Part shown: one piece after another, positions 5,230-6,575 of the stretch
Position numbering within the stretch: the stretch's first letter is position 1
Layout of the letters: each line of letters starts with the position of its first letter
Virus record (IMG/VR): IMGVR_UViG_2531839588_000017
Span: 1 to 6,575 of that record
DNA: 6,575 nucleotides
Strand: one strand, 5' to 3'
Source of the DNA: a virus
Taxonomy: Duplodnaviria; Heunggongvirae; Uroviricota; Caudoviricetes
Translations under genes and position numbers: made by a program
Notes under the pieces: model-generated
What the model was told of the DNA's origin: nothing
Database searches by the model: none
Seen by the model: only the letters and a program-made list of their open reading frames with translations

Positions 5230-5530
5230 TTACTGGTTCAGAAAAAAAATCAAAAACCTTGTCAATGCGTTGCAACAGCTCTTGCTGTATTGCTTCCGGC
5301 GTTTCCGGTTCGCCTGGCGCCTCCAATGTCGCGCAGAAATCAGCGATTTCATGATGGAGCGTCAGGCGAATGGCAGGAGCCGTGGTTCTGGCGTGCTCCA
5401 GCTCATCCAGCAATGCCAGCACCGCAGACGGCGAGAGCATTGCGCGAAATGCCAGTAATTTTTGAGGTGTTGCCATTCGTTGCAGGGCAAATGCCAGTTC
5501 GCGTAGCTTCTGGTGGTTGATGGTGCTCAT
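5230..5530 (-). CDS. Hypothetical protein, about 99 aa (the literal ORF runs on to 4598 with no stop)
   Basis: ATG at 5528-5530 overlaps the TGA of the upstream wHTH gene (ATGA). The first 96 residues are protein-like (MSTINHQKLRELAFALQRMATPQKLLAFRAMLSPSAVLALLDELEHARTT...QQELLQRIDKVFDFF). After the plus-strand A8 run at 5242-5249 the translation turns low-complexity (S/T/R-rich) and crosses the RNA locus and the 76-aa gene. One base fewer in the run gives ...DFFLNQ-stop at 5230-5232. The end coordinate is inferred. Confidence 0.45.
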
Positions 5531-5793
5531 GTTCTGGCTTCCTTCAGTAGCTGGTTAAACATGTGAGTAAGTGGATTGCTACACCCGAACGGCATCGGGT
5601 TTACGTGGTAAGAAGCCTGGCCTCCAGTTTTGCGAGCGCGACCACCTGTGCTGCGGTTTGTTCTGATGACTAAGCCGCCGCGCCAAAGTTGGCGTAACTC
5701 AGCATTAATGGCTGTGGTTGGAGTATTCAGTGCTGCTGCGATTTCTCCGCCGCTACAACCCGGATGGGTAGCGATGTAGTCCAGAATGGTCAT
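5527..5793 (-). CDS. Winged helix-turn-helix DNA-binding protein, 88 aa
   Basis: ATG at 5791-5793 overlaps the stop of the upstream 67-aa ORF (ATGA). LDYIATHPGCSGGEIAAALNTPTTAINAELRQLWRGGLVIRT has the helix-turn-helix-wing pattern of MarR/ArsR-like wHTH proteins. Confidence 0.6.
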   Translation of the reverse strand: MTILDYIATHPGCSGGEIAAALNTPTTAINAELRQLWRGGLVIRTNRSTGGRARKTGGQASYHVNPMPFGCSNPLTHMFNQLLKEART

Positions 5794-5993
5794 CTGCGTG
5801 GCTCCTGTACCTGTCGGATAAGATTCACCCGCGCCACGTTGGTGGCGCAGAAATAAGTGCCGTCAGTGAGGTAGATGTGGTGTGCATCCTTTTCCGAACG
5901 ATGTTTGTCGATAGTGGTAATCAGTCGTTCGTCGACCTCGTATTCGCGCCCTCTGGAGGTAAAGCGAACGACGGGAAAATGCTTAATTGCCAT
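5790..5993 (-). CDS. Hypothetical small protein, 67 aa
   Basis: ATG at 5991-5993 with AAAGGGGG Shine-Dalgarno 5-6 nt upstream; stop overlaps the next ATG. Translation MAIKHFPVVRFTSRGREYEVDERLITTIDKHRSEKDAHHIYLTDGTYFCATNVARVNLIRQVQEPRR; no family recognised. Confidence 0.55.
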   Translation of the reverse strand: MAIKHFPVVRFTSRGREYEVDERLITTIDKHRSEKDAHHIYLTDGTYFCATNVARVNLIRQVQEPRR

Positions 5994-6016
5994 TGCGCCC
6001 CCTTTGTCCAGTAACC

Positions 6017-6427
6017 CTATGCGTTAAATACGGTGTGTCGGGCGTCATCAATGAATGCAACTTGAGAGCGCTCTATCAGGCGGAGATTTGTCAGAATTTC
6101 TGATTCCCTTATGGGGTGAGGAGTGATCAGGTATTTATCCTGTAACCCGGCGATAATGGTGTATCGCTGTAGCTCCGAGCCAATTGTGTAAATAAGGCGT
6201 CCGGTGTTAGACAAATCCAGTCCGGTGACTGGTTGTGTTCTGAGAACCGCCAGTTCAGCATCCTGTTTTGCGATAATTTCGGCTGCTTCTGCCGTGACTC
6301 TTGCGACTATCAGTGTGTGGGTTGCGACGTCCATATGATTATTTGCTAGGGCTTTTTTCGCTACTTCGTTTTCTGTCTTTGAAATTTCTTTCAGTGCTCT
6401 GATGATACCTTCTTCTTTTGCGTGCAT
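6017..6427 (-). CDS. Hypothetical protein, 136 aa (first gene of the leftward small-protein operon)
   Basis: ATG at 6425-6427 with GGAG about 9 nt upstream, directly downstream of an AT-rich intergenic region. Protein-like, helix-rich composition (MHAKEEGIIRALKEISKTENEVAKKALANNHMDVATHTLIVARVTAEAAEIIAKQDAELAVLRTQ...); no family recognised. Confidence 0.6.
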   Translation of the reverse strand: MHAKEEGIIRALKEISKTENEVAKKALANNHMDVATHTLIVARVTAEAAEIIAKQDAELAVLRTQPVTGLDLSNTGRLIYTIGSELQRYTIIAGLQDKYLITPHPIRESEILTNLRLIERSQVAFIDDARHTVFNA

Positions 6428-6575
6428 TTTTGTATCTCCGTTATTTGCGTGTGCGAATACCTCCGTTAATACGGATGGTTTTCACGTTTTCTTATTTAAT
6501 TTGATGTTTTATTTGTATCGTTATTCACCAGTGAAAAAACGTTCAATCTTTTTTACTGAATGAATAATTCGCATA
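6428..6575 (-). promoter_or_regulatory. AT-rich upstream control region, presumed promoter/operator for the leftward operon
   Basis: AT-rich non-coding stretch upstream of the first minus-strand gene. Contains a direct repeat CTCCGTTA (6436-6443 and 6461-6468) and a short dyad CCGT-TAAT-ACGG (6463-6474); several sigma70-like hexamers are possible but none is clearly best. Confidence 0.3.

Noticed and set aside
4849-5520. ORFs across the RNA locus (4849..5088 minus; 4968..5156, 5158..5520 and 5207..5458 plus)
   Set aside because: Cover the highly structured RNA segment or lie antisense to the 99-aa gene; none has a credible ribosome-binding site or protein-like composition.
1-6575. Insertion sequence, transposon or integrase
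   Set aside because: No transposase-like or integrase-like ORF and no terminal inverted repeats flanking a transposase-sized gene; the dyad at 1-60 is too short and isolated to call an IS end.

Overview
All well-supported genes lie on the minus strand and read as the early, immunity, replication and partition block of an enterobacterial prophage, satellite or phage-plasmid-like element. From high to low coordinates: an AT-rich control region (6428-6575); an operon of four small proteins (136, 67, 88 and about 99 aa), three joined by ATGA stop/start overlaps, one a winged-helix DNA binder; a structured small-RNA locus carrying three copies of a GTTGAGAA(T)CCCG-type element in the A (sense), B (antisense), C (sense) order typical of P1 c4 / P4 CI antisense immunity RNAs; two small ORFs (76 and 129 aa); a rolling-circle replication initiator of the P2 gpA / phiX174 A type with intact HUH and YxxxY motifs in a 311-aa core ORF, but with its N- and C-terminal parts scattered over other frames; and a plasmid R1-type parM-parR partition cassette in which parM carries a single frameshift at a homopolymer. 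The most interesting feature is the antisense-RNA immunity module and its combination with a gpA-type Rep and ParMR in one co-directional block. Several reading-frame lesions sit at or near homopolymers, so true gene decay cannot be separated from sequencing indels using the sequence alone. Family assignments rest on recalled motifs and similarity, not on any database search. No rRNA, tRNA, CRISPR array, transposase or integrase was seen.
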